Source of the DNA: Bacteriovoracales bacterium
GTDB lineage: Bacteria > Bdellovibrionota > Bacteriovoracia > Bacteriovoracales > Bacteriovoracaceae
Assembly (NCBI GenBank): GCA_026713835.1
Contig: JAPONP010000088.1
Location: forward strand, 1-50,746
Direction of reading: 5' to 3'
Length of the DNA stretch: 50,746 nucleotides
The notes beneath the pieces are model-generated. The model did no database searches and was not told the DNA's origin. It saw nothing but the letters and a program-made list of their open reading frames with translations. This document shows, piece after piece, positions 9,509 through 19,703 of the stretch. Position 1 is the stretch's first letter. Each line of letters starts with the position of its first letter. The position numbers and the translations under genes were made by a program.

Positions 9509-11109
9509 GGATCGTCTCGTGGTTCGTCTTGTGGTTCACCTTGCAATTCACCTTGAAAGAAAAGTTCATTTTTGAGAAGGGGGAACAAGATAACATCTCG
9601 AATGGAGGGAGAATCCGTAAGCAACATACAAAGGCGATCAATCCCTATTCCCTCCCCTGCCGTAGGGGGCATCCCGTACTCCAAGGCCCGAACGTAATCG
9701 TAGTCCACATCGCAGGCCTCATCGTCTCCCATTTCCTTCGCTATGGCTTGATCCGCAAAACGCCCCAGTTGATCGGCCGGATCGTTGAGTTCACTAAAGC
9801 CGTTGGCCACTTCCCAACCATTGATAAAGAGTTCAAACCGATCCACATAATCGGGGTTTTTATCGTTTCTCCTGGAAAGAGGAGAGACATGAGCCGGGTA
9901 TTCGGTGATGAAGGTGGGCTGGATCAAATGGGCCTCGGCAAATTCTTCAAAACAAAGCTCTTGCAATTTGCCCTTCTTGTATTTGAGTAGTTCTTCTCTT
10001 TCATAGGATGGATTTTTTTTGAGCAAGGTCTCCAACATACGGGCCTCATCGTCTAAATCCTCCATCTCAAAAGATGAGTAATGACAGACGGCCTCTCTTA
10101 GGGTCATGCGCCGAAAAGGTGGTTTAAAAGAAATGTCCTTTCCCCCGTAGCTCACCTCGTGACCCTTGTAAATTTCTCCCACGATAGAAGAGAAGAGGTT
10201 TTCGGTAAATGTCATCAAATCGAGATAGGTGACATAGGCCCAGTAAAATTCGATGGTGGTAAATTCGGGGTTATGCTTGATGGAAAGCCCTTCGTTACGA
10301 AAACAGCGATTGATCTCAAAAACCCTCGGGAGTCCCCCCACGATCAACCTTTTAAGATGCAATTCGGGAGCGATTCTCAAATTGAGATCCATGCCCAAGG
10401 CATTGTGTTTGGTCTTAAAGGGCCTGGCCACCGCTCCCCCCGCCACTCCGTGGAGCATCGGGGTCTCTACCTCCAAAAAATCCGCTTGGTGAAAAAAATC
10501 CCGAATCAAGCGAACGATTTTGGAACGAATTTTAAATTTTTCCCTCACCTTCGGATTCATCATCATATCCACATAGCGCATTCGATAGCAGAGTTCCGAG
10601 TCGGTCAAACCGTGAAACTTTTCCGGAAGTGGGCGAATGGATTTGGTCAGAATGTGAAAGCGCCGGGCATGAAGGGAAAGCTCTCCCTTATTCGTTTTAA
10701 AGATAAAGCCTTCGGCATAGAGAAGATCTCCATACTCGGCCGCTTTAAATTCACTAAAATCTTCTGCCGGTACATCCCCTTTTCTCACATAGAGTTGGAA
10801 TTGGTGTTGCCCATCATTGAGGGTGAAAAAACCGGCCTTGCCAAAACTTCGGGCCAGCATGGCCCGTCCCACGATGCGGTAAGGCCCTCTTTTTCCCTCT
10901 TCGAGTTTTTCCAACTCCTCCTTGGAAAACTCGTCGTATCGCTCTCTCAATTGCTCAAAGGAAATATCGGATGAAAACCCGTTCTTATAGGCCTTGATGC
11001 CGAGGGCCTCCAAACGCTTGAGCTTTTCTAGGCGGGCGTGAATTTGCTCATTGTACAAATCGGCCCATCGCTCGATATGGGCCTTGCGCCTCTTGTCGAA
11101 ATCGACCAT
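9505..11109 (-). CDS. lysS: Lysine--tRNA ligase (class II) with a short acidic repeat tail
   Basis: 534 aa. Class II motifs include YRMRYVDMMMNPKVREKF, FLEVETPMLH and GIGIDRLCMLLTDSPSIRDVILFP. Confidence 0.93.
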   Translation of the reverse strand: MVDFDKRRKAHIERWADLYNEQIHARLEKLKRLEALGIKAYKNGFSSDISFEQLRERYDEFSKEELEKLEEGKRGPYRIVGRAMLARSFGKAGFFTLNDGQHQFQLYVRKGDVPAEDFSEFKAAEYGDLLYAEGFIFKTNKGELSLHARRFHILTKSIRPLPEKFHGLTDSELCYRMRYVDMMMNPKVREKFKIRSKIVRLIRDFFHQADFLEVETPMLHGVAGGAVARPFKTKHNALGMDLNLRIAPELHLKRLIVGGLPRVFEINRCFRNEGLSIKHNPEFTTIEFYWAYVTYLDLMTFTENLFSSIVGEIYKGHEVSYGGKDISFKPPFRRMTLREAVCHYSSFEMEDLDDEARMLETLLKKNPSYEREELLKYKKGKLQELCFEEFAEAHLIQPTFITEYPAHVSPLSRRNDKNPDYVDRFELFINGWEVANGFSELNDPADQLGRFADQAIAKEMGDDEACDVDYDYVRALEYGMPPTAGEGIGIDRLCMLLTDSPSIRDVILFPLLKNELFFQGELQGEPQDEPRDDP

Positions 11110-11139
11110 GACTCATACTAGGTGTCTGAGCAGTGACAG

Positions 11140-11718
11140 TCAATAACCTGAAAAGGCCTCCATTTGAGGGGCCAATACTTCGATCTCGGGATTGTATTCG
11201 GCCCTCAAAAGACTTTGAATCGCCTGAAGGGTTCCGTACTGAGAACTCGGGCAATTGCCACAGGCCCCTTCGTAATTGATGACGAGGACATTGTCCCGGT
11301 AATCCACACAACGAAGATCCCCACCGTCGGCCTGAAGACCCGGACGAATGGTGTTGTCGAGAATCTTTTCGATTTCTTGAAGTTCTACGGGAAGCTTTTT
11401 GCGCCTTTCTTCTTCCGGGTTTCGGTCTTGAAAACCCGGATCGTGTTCCGGCAAAAACCTTCCTACGACCTCGAGCACTTTAGGCTCCAAAACCTCCCAA
11501 TCCTCATAGCCAAATTTGGTGACGGTGATGACGTTTTGAAAGAAATGAATATGATCCACACCCCGAACCTTAAAGAGTTCCACGGCCAAGGGAATGTCAT
11601 CACATTCCTCCAGACTGCGAAAGGTGGATCGGCCCTCGTCCTTGACGGAAGCATTTAAGACAAACTTCAAGGCGTTGGGATTGGGGGTAGGCTCCGTATA
11701 GAGTTCAACACTCACCAT
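11140..11718 (-). CDS. Nfu/NifU-type Fe-S cluster scaffold/carrier (Nfu_N + NifU C-terminal domain)
   Basis: The true start is MVSVELYTEPTPNPNALKF (Nfu N-terminal domain) and there is a C-terminal CGNCPSS CxxC motif. The listed ORF extension to 11892 overlaps sufS and was trimmed. Confidence 0.8.
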   Translation of the reverse strand: MVSVELYTEPTPNPNALKFVLNASVKDEGRSTFRSLEECDDIPLAVELFKVRGVDHIHFFQNVITVTKFGYEDWEVLEPKVLEVVGRFLPEHDPGFQDRNPEEERRKKLPVELQEIEKILDNTIRPGLQADGGDLRCVDYRDNVLVINYEGACGNCPSSQYGTLQAIQSLLRAEYNPEIEVLAPQMEAFSGY

Positions 11719-11782
11719 AGACTCCTTCGTACTCCACGGATAGTACCCCAAGGCCCTTCTAAGTCCATGACGACTCGCATTA

Positions 11783-13006
11783 TCAAACGGCCAATATCTT
11801 GAGGGCCTCTCGGATGCCCTTGGCCAATTGCTCGATCTCTTCGACCGTATTGTACATGGCCAAGGAGGCCCGGGTGGTGGAATCGGCCCCAAACCTTTTG
11901 AGCAAGGGCCAAGTGCAATGGTGTCCCGTCCTTACGGCCAGTCCCTTTTGCCCTAAAATCATGCCCAAATCCTGGGCGTGGGCCCCTTCGATGACGAAGG
12001 TAAAGAGCGGCACCCTTTGGGAGGCCTCCCCCAAAAGATGCAATCCGGAAATCCCCTTCAAAAGCTCGAGTCCACAGATTGTAAGCTCCTCTTCGTGGGC
12101 CATCACCCCCTCAAAATCCAAGGACTCAAGATAGCGGATCGCCGCTCCCAATCCTATGGAGCCCGCAATATGGGGAGTTCCCGCTTCAAACTTATAGGGA
12201 ATCGGAGCATAGGTCGTCTCGGCAAAATCCACCTGATCCACCATATCTCCACCTCCCAAAAAGGGGGGCATACGTTCCAAGAGTTCCTTTTTCCCATAGA
12301 GAACCCCAAGGCCCGTGGGGCCAAAGACCTTATGGGAGGAAAACACATAAAAATCCACACCCAAATCCCTGACATCCACACGAAGATGGGGGATCCCCTG
12401 GGCCCCATCCACAATGACGAGGGCCTTGGAGTTTTTTTTGACGAGAGAGACGATTTCTCCTACGGGATTGATCGTTCCCAAGGTATTGGAGACGTGGGGC
12501 AAGACCACGAGTTTCGTTTTTTTGGACAGGAGGGAGGTCAGGGCCGGCATCTCCAACTCCCCCCGATCACTTACGGGGATGACCTTGAGGACGACTCCTT
12601 TTCTTTCTCGAAGAAGTTGCCAGGGAACGATATTGGAATGATGGTCGCTTACGGTGAGCAATATCTCATCTTCGGGCCCAAGAAGGGATCCATAGGAGTG
12701 GGCCAAGAGGTTCAGTCCTGCGGTGGTTCCCGAAGTCAAAATGATTTCATCAGAGCTTGAGGCATTGATCCGGCTTTGCACGAGACTTCTCGTCTTTTCG
12801 TATTCGCTCGTGGCCTTCTTGGCCGGACCGTGAAGGGCGCGATGAACGTTGGCCGAATAAGAACAGTAATAGTCGCTCAAGGCCTCAATAACGGCCTTGG
12901 GTTTAAGGGTGGTGGCCCCGTTATCCAAGTAAACGAGAGGGGAGCCTTCAAAACCCTTGGCGATCATGGGAAAGTCGCGACGAATTTTTTTGACGGAAAA
13001 ACTCAT
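11783..13006 (-). CDS. sufS: Cysteine desulfurase SufS (class V aminotransferase, group II)
   Basis: 407 aa with the PLP-lysine motif FSSHKVFGPTG and the active-site loop RTGHHCTWPL. Located in a sufBCDS array. Confidence 0.9.
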   Translation of the reverse strand: MSFSVKKIRRDFPMIAKGFEGSPLVYLDNGATTLKPKAVIEALSDYYCSYSANVHRALHGPAKKATSEYEKTRSLVQSRINASSSDEIILTSGTTAGLNLLAHSYGSLLGPEDEILLTVSDHHSNIVPWQLLRERKGVVLKVIPVSDRGELEMPALTSLLSKKTKLVVLPHVSNTLGTINPVGEIVSLVKKNSKALVIVDGAQGIPHLRVDVRDLGVDFYVFSSHKVFGPTGLGVLYGKKELLERMPPFLGGGDMVDQVDFAETTYAPIPYKFEAGTPHIAGSIGLGAAIRYLESLDFEGVMAHEEELTICGLELLKGISGLHLLGEASQRVPLFTFVIEGAHAQDLGMILGQKGLAVRTGHHCTWPLLKRFGADSTTRASLAMYNTVEEIEQLAKGIREALKILAV

Positions 13007-14295
13007 GGGCCTTCTTCCCCATCCCCTATTTTTTCGAGGATGGATCGCTCCAAATAATCCGCACTCAACCTGTGGAGGGATTCATTTTCGATGGGAAAAA
13101 GGGTCTCCTCGCAAAACCCCCGGGCCAAAAACCTCTTGGCCTTGGATTCATCAAATCCCCTGGAGCGTAGATAAAAGAGTTGCTCCCCATCCATCTGACC
13201 TATGGTGGTTCCGTGGGTGCATTTGACATCACAATGACCTATTTCGAGGACGGGCCTTGAATCGACCCTTGCCGTATCCGATAACAAGATATTGTTGTTG
13301 AGTTGGGAAGACTCTATATCCGCTTGGTCTTTTCCCACCACGATGGTTCCCTGAAAGAAGGCATGGGAATGATGATTCAAAAGCCCCTTATAGAGTTGTC
13401 TTGACGATGTTTTTGGAGCTTTGTGATCGATCAAAGAGACGTGGGAAGAGTCCTCATTTGTATCGTGGACGTAAAGTCCCCCTAGGGAAACGTGGGCCCC
13501 TTCTCCCAAAAGCTCCACTCGAAGATCGTTTCGCAAAAAACTTCCCCCCAAGGCCAAGGCCGCATTGCCGTAGCGGGCCTCCTTATGAATCTGTGCCAAA
13601 ACCTTTGAAAAGGGCATAAGACCCTTTCGACTCTTAAAAATCCGAACGTGATCCAGATGGGCCCCTTGCCCCAAGGTGATTAGGGTGTGGGCATTGTAGA
13701 GGGCCGAACCCAAATCCTCTGTGGAAGAGGTGAACTCGAACAAATGGGCCTTGGACTTCTCACGGGCATGGACGATCAGGAGGGGATGGGCCATGGTTCC
13801 CTCAAAGTTTTTATCCATGAAATGATAGATTCCTAGAGGCCTTTCCCCCCTCTCTTCTATCTCCAAGCGGTAGGCTTCACGGCAATAGGTCAAGGCGAGA
13901 TCCGTAAAACAATCCTCACCTTGGAGTTGCCTCGTTAAAGGATCGAAGTCTCTTTCCTCTTTTAAGGGAAAGAATCGATACCCGGGGCCCAAGGTACTTA
14001 GGGTTTTATCCCAATGTCCGTTGTAAAAGACGATCCTTTGATCCAAAAGATCCACAGGGGGAGTTCCGGGGAATCTTTCCCCTTCGCTTTTCCAGGCATA
14101 AGATCCCGTAAGGCCCTTGAGGGAGGTGTATTTCCAGGCCTCATCTTTTCGTCCGGGAAGCCCCTTATCGGCAAACCCTTTGGCCCCAAGGGAGCGAAGG
14201 GCATGGAGGGAATCGGGCCCGGTTTGGCCCAAGGCTTTATAGGGGGCCAAGAGAGCTTCCAATGCATCCCCATCATTCATGCCCGTACGACCCAA
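13003..14295 (-). CDS. sufD: Fe-S cluster assembly protein SufD
   Basis: 430 aa with a SufB/D-type C-terminal beta-helix region. Located between sufC and sufS and overlaps both neighbours. Confidence 0.85.
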   Translation of the reverse strand: MGRTGMNDGDALEALLAPYKALGQTGPDSLHALRSLGAKGFADKGLPGRKDEAWKYTSLKGLTGSYAWKSEGERFPGTPPVDLLDQRIVFYNGHWDKTLSTLGPGYRFFPLKEERDFDPLTRQLQGEDCFTDLALTYCREAYRLEIEERGERPLGIYHFMDKNFEGTMAHPLLIVHAREKSKAHLFEFTSSTEDLGSALYNAHTLITLGQGAHLDHVRIFKSRKGLMPFSKVLAQIHKEARYGNAALALGGSFLRNDLRVELLGEGAHVSLGGLYVHDTNEDSSHVSLIDHKAPKTSSRQLYKGLLNHHSHAFFQGTIVVGKDQADIESSQLNNNILLSDTARVDSRPVLEIGHCDVKCTHGTTIGQMDGEQLFYLRSRGFDESKAKRFLARGFCEETLFPIENESLHRLSADYLERSILEKIGDGEEGP

Positions 14296-15041
14296 TCATA
14301 ACCCTTGCTCTCAAGCTCTAAGGCCAAAGACGAATCTCCCGTCTTGACGATAAGACCATCCGAGATAACGTGGACAAAATCCGGGGTGATGTAATTGAGC
14401 AAGCGCTGGTAATGGGTGACCAAAACGATGGCATTGTGTTGGGCCCGCAAGGAGTTGATCCCCTTGGCCACGATCTTTAAGGCATCGATATCAAGGCCCG
14501 AGTCCGTTTCATCGAGAAAGGCCAATCTTGGAGCGAGGACGGCCATTTGCAAAATTTCATTTTTCTTTTTTTCCCCGCCGCTAAAGCCCTCGTTAAGGGA
14601 ACGCTTCAAAAAGCTCCCATCCATTTCGAGAAGGTCTAGTTTTTCCCGAAGGTATTGGTCGAAGTCATAGGGGTCCATTTCTTCAAGACCTTGGGCCTTG
14701 CAAACCTCGTTAAAGGCCGTTCTTAAAAAGTTTTCATTGCTCACTCCCGGAATTTCCACAGGGTATTGAAGACCTAAAAAAATCCCCGCACGGGCCCTCT
14801 CATCCGGCTCCCAGTCCAAAAGGCCCACCTTTTTCCCGTCCACCTCGTAATCGATTTGCCCTTTGGTGACGTGGTAATCGGGATGCCCCGCCACGGCTTT
14901 GGCCAAGGTGCTCTTGCCGGAACCGTTGGGCCCCATGAGAGCATGGACTTCCCCCCTTTTCACCTCAAGGGAAACTCCCTTCAGGATGGAGGCCTCTTCA
15001 GGGCCTTCGGGGGAAACGTGGAGATCGGTAATACTCAACAT
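14277..15041 (-). CDS. sufC: Fe-S cluster assembly ATPase SufC
   Basis: 254 aa with Walker [10 protein letters not shown], signature [11 protein letters not shown] and Walker [12 protein letters not shown]. Confidence 0.93.
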   Translation of the reverse strand: MLSITDLHVSPEGPEEASILKGVSLEVKRGEVHALMGPNGSGKSTLAKAVAGHPDYHVTKGQIDYEVDGKKVGLLDWEPDERARAGIFLGLQYPVEIPGVSNENFLRTAFNEVCKAQGLEEMDPYDFDQYLREKLDLLEMDGSFLKRSLNEGFSGGEKKKNEILQMAVLAPRLAFLDETDSGLDIDALKIVAKGINSLRAQHNAIVLVTHYQRLLNYITPDFVHVISDGLIVKTGDSSLALELESKGYDWVVRA

Positions 15042-15059
15042 ACTCGATGGCCCTCCCCT

Positions 15060-16493
15060 TTATCCTACGGAATGTTCAAGTTTCATTTCGAGAAGTTTAA
15101 CGGCTTCTTCGCTAAACTCTAAGGGGAGTTTCTTGAAGACCTCTTGGCAAAAACCATTGATCATAAGCCCCACCGTTTTTTCCATATCCATTCCTCGGGA
15201 ACGACAATAAAAAATTTGGTCTTCGCCGATCTTTGTGGTGGAGGCCTCATGTTCCACCTTGGCCGTTTTGTTCCCCACCTCGATGCTGGGGAATGTATTG
15301 GCCCGGCAACGATCTCCAATGAGCATACTATCGCATTGGGTGTAATTTTTGGCCCCATGGGCCCCCGGCATGACCTTGACGAGACCCCGATAGCTATTGA
15401 CGGACTCCTCCGCACTGATACCTTTGGAGATAATCGTACTCTTCGTTCCCTTTCCCACATGGATCATCTTCGTCCCCGTATCGGCTTGCATACGGTTATT
15501 GGTCAAGGCCACGGAGTAAAAAGACCCTCGGGAGTTTTCGCCAACGAGGTGACAGCTGGGGTACTTCCAAGTGATGGCACTCCCAGCCTCCACTTGAGTC
15601 CAGCTAATAGAACTATTTTCCCCTAGGCAATGGCCTCTTTTGGTCACGAAATTATAGATCCCCCCCTTGCCCTTTTCATCTCCCGCATACCAATTTTGAA
15701 CGGTGCTGTAGTTGATGGTCGCATCCTTTAGGGCGACGAGTTCCACGACGGCTGCATGGAGTTGGTTTTCATCTCGCTGGGGGGCCGTACAGCCCTCGAG
15801 ATAATTGACAAAGGAGCCTTCGTCGGCGATCAAAAGGGTGCGCTCAAATTGACCCGTCTCGGCTGCATTGATGCGAAAATAGGTGGAAAGATCCAAAGGA
15901 CAACGAACCCCTTTGGGGATATAGCAAAAGGAGCCGTCCGTAAAAACCGCTGAGTTTAAGGCCGCAAAATAATTATCTCTTCTTGGGACGACGGTGCCCA
16001 AGTACTTACGCACCAGTTCCGGGGGCATTTCGATGGCCTCGGCCATGGAACAAAAGATGATGCCAAATTTGTCCAACTCCTCCTGATGGGTCGTCCCAAG
16101 GCTTATGCTATCGAAAACCGCATCCACGGCCACTCCCGCCAAACGCTTTCTTTCCAAGAGGGGAATCCCCAATCGATCGAAGGTGGCCAGGAGTTCCGGG
16201 TCCACTTCGTCCATACTCTTGTACTTGGGTTTTTTGGACTTGGGGCGAGCATAAAAAGAGATTTCCCCGTAGTCGATGGATCCTATGTCCAGGGCGGCCC
16301 AACGGGGTTCGTCCATCTTTTTCCAGGTCTCGTAGGCCTTAAGACGCCAATCCAAAAGCCAGGTCGGCTCCTTTCTCTTTTCGCTAATAAGGCCTACGAT
16401 CCTTTCATCGAGTCCCTTGGGGAACTCTTCCATTTCAATATCGGTCACGAAACCGTATTTGTACTTTTCCTTGACTTTGCTTTTAAAGCTCAC
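15060..16493 (-). CDS. sufB: Fe-S cluster assembly protein SufB
   Basis: 477 aa with highly SufB-like sequence (YGFVTDIE..., FYCRSRGM...). GTG start preceded by GAGG. Confidence 0.93.
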   Translation of the reverse strand: MSFKSKVKEKYKYGFVTDIEMEEFPKGLDERIVGLISEKRKEPTWLLDWRLKAYETWKKMDEPRWAALDIGSIDYGEISFYARPKSKKPKYKSMDEVDPELLATFDRLGIPLLERKRLAGVAVDAVFDSISLGTTHQEELDKFGIIFCSMAEAIEMPPELVRKYLGTVVPRRDNYFAALNSAVFTDGSFCYIPKGVRCPLDLSTYFRINAAETGQFERTLLIADEGSFVNYLEGCTAPQRDENQLHAAVVELVALKDATINYSTVQNWYAGDEKGKGGIYNFVTKRGHCLGENSSISWTQVEAGSAITWKYPSCHLVGENSRGSFYSVALTNNRMQADTGTKMIHVGKGTKSTIISKGISAEESVNSYRGLVKVMPGAHGAKNYTQCDSMLIGDRCRANTFPSIEVGNKTAKVEHEASTTKIGEDQIFYCRSRGMDMEKTVGLMINGFCQEVFKKLPLEFSEEAVKLLEMKLEHSVG

Positions 16494-16574
16494 GGCTTAC
16501 CTCTATCTCACTTATGAAAACCCACAAAAGGGGGAGGGGAAAGACCCTAGAACGGGCATCCTATTCAGAAAAGG

Positions 16575-16616
16575 GGGAAAAAGCAAGTTCCTCCCCCCGA
16601 GAAACAGGGGGAGGGG
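16575..16616 (-). terminator. Candidate rho-independent terminator after the Tyr-rich lipoprotein gene
   Basis: On the minus strand, an 8-bp G/C stem (16590-16597 pairs with 16607-16614) with a 9-nt loop is followed by AACTTGCTTTTT. Located between the lipoprotein stop (16627) and the sufB start (16493). Confidence 0.5.
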
Positions 16617-16626
16617 GGAAAGATCC

Positions 16627-17319
16627 TCAGGGATGGTAGGGAGCGCGGCGGGAATAATAGTGAGGATGACTGTAGGGGGAATAGGGATAATAGGGGTAGG
16701 AACAGGGCCCATAGTAGTCGTAAAGCCGCTCCTGTCGAACGTGTTTTCCCGTAAAATCACCCAATATCGGTTCCTGATTTCCCATGAGTTGAAAACGACT
16801 CTCCGTGACCTCGCTTCGAACCCGATAGATGACGGATCGGGTTCCAAAATAAGCATCGTGATAACACCCGTTAAAACCGCAATCATAATATCCGGGACCG
16901 TGATGATATCCTGGGCCGTAGTAAGGGCCGTAATCATGGACACTACAGGTTTCCTCTCCCCTTATGGGGGCGGAGGTATTTACGGTTTTCGTGTTATTTC
17001 CCCTGATACCAAAGAGCCTGTCGCCCTGCTTAGTTATAAACTCAAAGTCCCCTTCGGCACTCAAGTCAACTCCTTCGGGATACTCGAAAAGAAAGTTTCT
17101 TTTCCAATCTACGCCTTTGAGCCTGAGACGAACGAGTCTCTTTTTCTCGTTCTTCAAAGTCCACTTGGCCTTATAGGTTCCGGATTTGACAACGTGGCTT
17201 CTCCCACGGGCATCCGTGAGTTGGAGGTCATCGAATACCTCCAATTGCCCCTTAAAGGTCTTGCATCCCCACATAAGGGATAAGACGACGGTTAGAAAAA
17301 GTGCTTTTGTCTTCATCAT
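16627..17319 (-). CDS. Hypothetical lipoprotein with a Tyr/Pro/Gly/His-rich C-terminal half
   Basis: Signal peptide plus lipobox (MMKTKALFLTVVLSLMWGC). Low-complexity aromatic segments YGPYYGPGYHHGPGYY and YDYYGPCSYPYYPYSPYSHPHYY. I recognise no family. Confidence 0.6.
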   Translation of the reverse strand: MMKTKALFLTVVLSLMWGCKTFKGQLEVFDDLQLTDARGRSHVVKSGTYKAKWTLKNEKKRLVRLRLKGVDWKRNFLFEYPEGVDLSAEGDFEFITKQGDRLFGIRGNNTKTVNTSAPIRGEETCSVHDYGPYYGPGYHHGPGYYDCGFNGCYHDAYFGTRSVIYRVRSEVTESRFQLMGNQEPILGDFTGKHVRQERLYDYYGPCSYPYYPYSPYSHPHYYSRRAPYHP

Positions 17320-17439
17320 GGTAAAACCTCCTAACATTATGTAAAACCCTCTCCAATTTAGGGTGAATACTAAAGTGGAGCCGAAAACTTGTCATGGGTC
17401 AATGTGTTAAGACCCCCGCCTCTCTTTTGCCCACAGCAT

Positions 17440-18771
17440 CTATAGCCTCAGCTTTTGGCCCACAAAAATACGAGACGATCTCAATCGGTTTTTCCTCTTG
17501 ATATGGGCGATACTCACCCCAAAAAGAGAGGCAATCCTCGAAAGATTATCTCCCTTGCGCACTCGATAGGGCCCCCGCCCCTTGGAGGATGGGGAGATTC
17601 TAAGCCTTTGCCCGGGAAAGATGAGAGACGATGCCAAGCCGTTGAGTCTTCTTAGGGTGGAGAGTTTTTTCCCATATTTTTGGGCAATTTGGGTGAGGTT
17701 TTCCCCCCTTCTTACGATATGGTAGCGAGAAGATTTGGATTCGGACTTTCGGCTAACCCTGCGACGACGTTGAACCCGATGCCCTTTGAGGGAGGCCAAT
17801 TTTCTCGAATGGACGGCCCTTTCCTCGGGAATCCAAATCCTAGAGGCCTTCCCCCTAAAAGCTCCCGTATGCCCTCTTCTAAGCTGCGGATTGATCTTTT
17901 TGAGCTGAGATCTCGGGGTTTTTAAAGCTCCGGCCACTTTGGCCAGAGGAACGAAGGGGGGGACGGGGACGGCCTTCACGGCGGGGTGACGTTTAAGCCC
18001 CAAATGGCGGGGGTGTTGGAACCCAAACCTTTCGGGGTTTTGGCCTATGATAACTGCGGCCATGAGCTTGGGAACGTAATTTCTCGTCTCTTTGGGCAAA
18101 AGTTTTTTCCGGGCCAAGGTCCAAAAATTTCTGGAATCTCCTTTCATCACGGCCCGAAGCACCCGGTGTTCCCCACAGTTATAGGCCGCTAGGGCCAGTT
18201 CCCAGGAATGAAAGACTGTGTGGAGGTCTTTTAAATATTTGACGGCGGCCTTTGAGGCCCTGATGGGATCCCTTCTTTCATCCACAGAGGCGTTGACTCT
18301 AAGTCCGTATCGCTTCCCGGTTCCCTTCATAAATTGCCAAATCCCCACCGCTTTGGATCTGGATTTGGCGTGGGAGACATAGCTGCTTTCGATCAGGGGA
18401 AGAAAAAAAAGCTCTTCGGGCAATCCGCTTTCCTCCAAAGATGTTTTGACGATTCCCTCGTAAAAAAAACCTCGATTGAGGGCCCGTTGAAAGACGTCCG
18501 CTCCCCTAGAAGTGAAATACTCGATCCATTTTTTGACATTTTCATTTTCGACGATTTGAAAGGAGGAGAGGCTTCCCTTCTGCACCGAAGCGGGTGCGGA
18601 CGGTTTTCCGTAAGACTTTGAATACTCGGGAGAGACCACCAAGGGGGAGGAAGAGGGAAACGAAGAAGGGCCCAAGGAACTCGAAGCCTCACCACTCGAA
18701 GGCCTACTGTAAAGGGAAGAGCAGCCCACGAGAAAAAGAGACAAGAGAAGAGCGCAAAATCCTCGAATCAT
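17440..18771 (-). CDS. Membrane-bound lytic murein transglycosylase (SLT domain) with two C-terminal LysM domains, MltD-like lipoprotein
   Basis: Lipobox LFLVGC after the start MIRGF (trimmed from 18870). SLT motifs ESSYVSHAKSRSKAVGIWQF and AAYNCG. Two LysM repeats (YHIVRRGENLTQIAQKYG..., YRVRKGDNLSRIASLFG...). Confidence 0.85.
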   Translation of the reverse strand: MIRGFCALLLSLFLVGCSSLYSRPSSGEASSSLGPSSFPSSSPLVVSPEYSKSYGKPSAPASVQKGSLSSFQIVENENVKKWIEYFTSRGADVFQRALNRGFFYEGIVKTSLEESGLPEELFFLPLIESSYVSHAKSRSKAVGIWQFMKGTGKRYGLRVNASVDERRDPIRASKAAVKYLKDLHTVFHSWELALAAYNCGEHRVLRAVMKGDSRNFWTLARKKLLPKETRNYVPKLMAAVIIGQNPERFGFQHPRHLGLKRHPAVKAVPVPPFVPLAKVAGALKTPRSQLKKINPQLRRGHTGAFRGKASRIWIPEERAVHSRKLASLKGHRVQRRRRVSRKSESKSSRYHIVRRGENLTQIAQKYGKKLSTLRRLNGLASSLIFPGQRLRISPSSKGRGPYRVRKGDNLSRIASLFGVSIAHIKRKNRLRSSRIFVGQKLRL

Positions 18772-18866
18772 TCCGATTCCCCCAAATAGAAAAGGGCCAT
18801 CCTCATCGGCTGCCCACACTCCCATTATAGCAAAGGCCCGCAGTTTCTCAATAAAGTGCCTATCTA

Positions 18867-19682
18867 TCATATCTTGCCCCCGTTGACCCCGAAACGAATC
18901 CTAAAGGGACGAAAATGCCATTCCATGAGGAGGGCCCAAGCGATCATGGCCGTGCAAAAGAGTTGCCCCAGGGAAAGAGGGCCTAAGACCGGCCCCCATT
19001 GGGGGTCGGGGGCACGAAAAAAACCCACGATCAATCGACCCACACCGTAGGCAAAGAGGAATAAAATGGACTGATGTCCTTTGAGATAGAGGTATTTTTT
19101 TTGGCCGTAGAGAAGGATGAAAAGAAGGAGTCCTTCCACCAAGGCTCCGTAGAGTTGCGAGGGATGCCTCGGGGCCTCGTCCAAAGCCTTGGGGAAAATG
19201 ACCGCCCAAGGAACTCGAGTAATTTTGCCCACGAGTTCTCCATTGATAAAATTTCCAATTCTTCCCAGCATAAGCCCTAGGGGAGCGAGAGTGGCCACCA
19301 TATCCGTAAAATGCAGAGGAGAGATTTTGAGGAGGCGGGCCTGGAAAACGACGATCGCGACGATTCCCACAAGGGCCCCGTGAAAACTCATTCCCCCCGC
19401 CCAAATTTTGGGGATCATCTCGGGATTCTCCATAAAATAGCGGGGATGGTAGATCAAGATGTAAAAGACTCGACTTCCCAGAAATAAGGCCAACCAAGCG
19501 GGCCAGCACATTTTGACAAAATGACCCCTCGAGATATTCCCGTAACCTCGCCCGATAAGGGCCTGCCCCATGTAAAAGATCCAAAGAGAGCCCAGTAAAT
19601 AGAAAAGCCAATACCAATGAAAATCCAATCCGAAAAGATGAAAGGCAACGGAGTCCAATCGATGGATGGCATACCTTTCCAT
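18867..19682 (-). CDS. lgt: Prolipoprotein diacylglyceryl transferase
   Basis: 271 aa polytopic protein with Lgt motifs GGMSFHGALVG and GRIGNFINGELVGK. Confidence 0.9.
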   Translation of the reverse strand: MERYAIHRLDSVAFHLFGLDFHWYWLFYLLGSLWIFYMGQALIGRGYGNISRGHFVKMCWPAWLALFLGSRVFYILIYHPRYFMENPEMIPKIWAGGMSFHGALVGIVAIVVFQARLLKISPLHFTDMVATLAPLGLMLGRIGNFINGELVGKITRVPWAVIFPKALDEAPRHPSQLYGALVEGLLLFILLYGQKKYLYLKGHQSILFLFAYGVGRLIVGFFRAPDPQWGPVLGPLSLGQLFCTAMIAWALLMEWHFRPFRIRFGVNGGKI

Positions 19683-19703
19683 GGATGGCTTTGGGATAGG
19701 CCC

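Noticed and set aside
11719-11892. 58-codon N-terminal extension of the Nfu ORF
   Set aside because: It overlaps the 3' end of sufS and is Pro/Arg/Trp-rich. The conserved Nfu N-terminal domain begins exactly at the internal Met (11718).
16417-17283. 288-aa plus-strand ORF opposite the Tyr-rich lipoprotein gene
   Set aside because: It starts inside the sufB coding region, has no signal or RBS logic, and runs against a 24-kb unidirectional array. The minus-strand frame has a clean signal peptide and lipobox.
18901-19617. 238-aa minus-strand ORF in an alternative frame over lgt
   Set aside because: Lgt motifs unambiguously define the other frame. This frame is an Arg/Gly/Pro/Ser-rich shadow.
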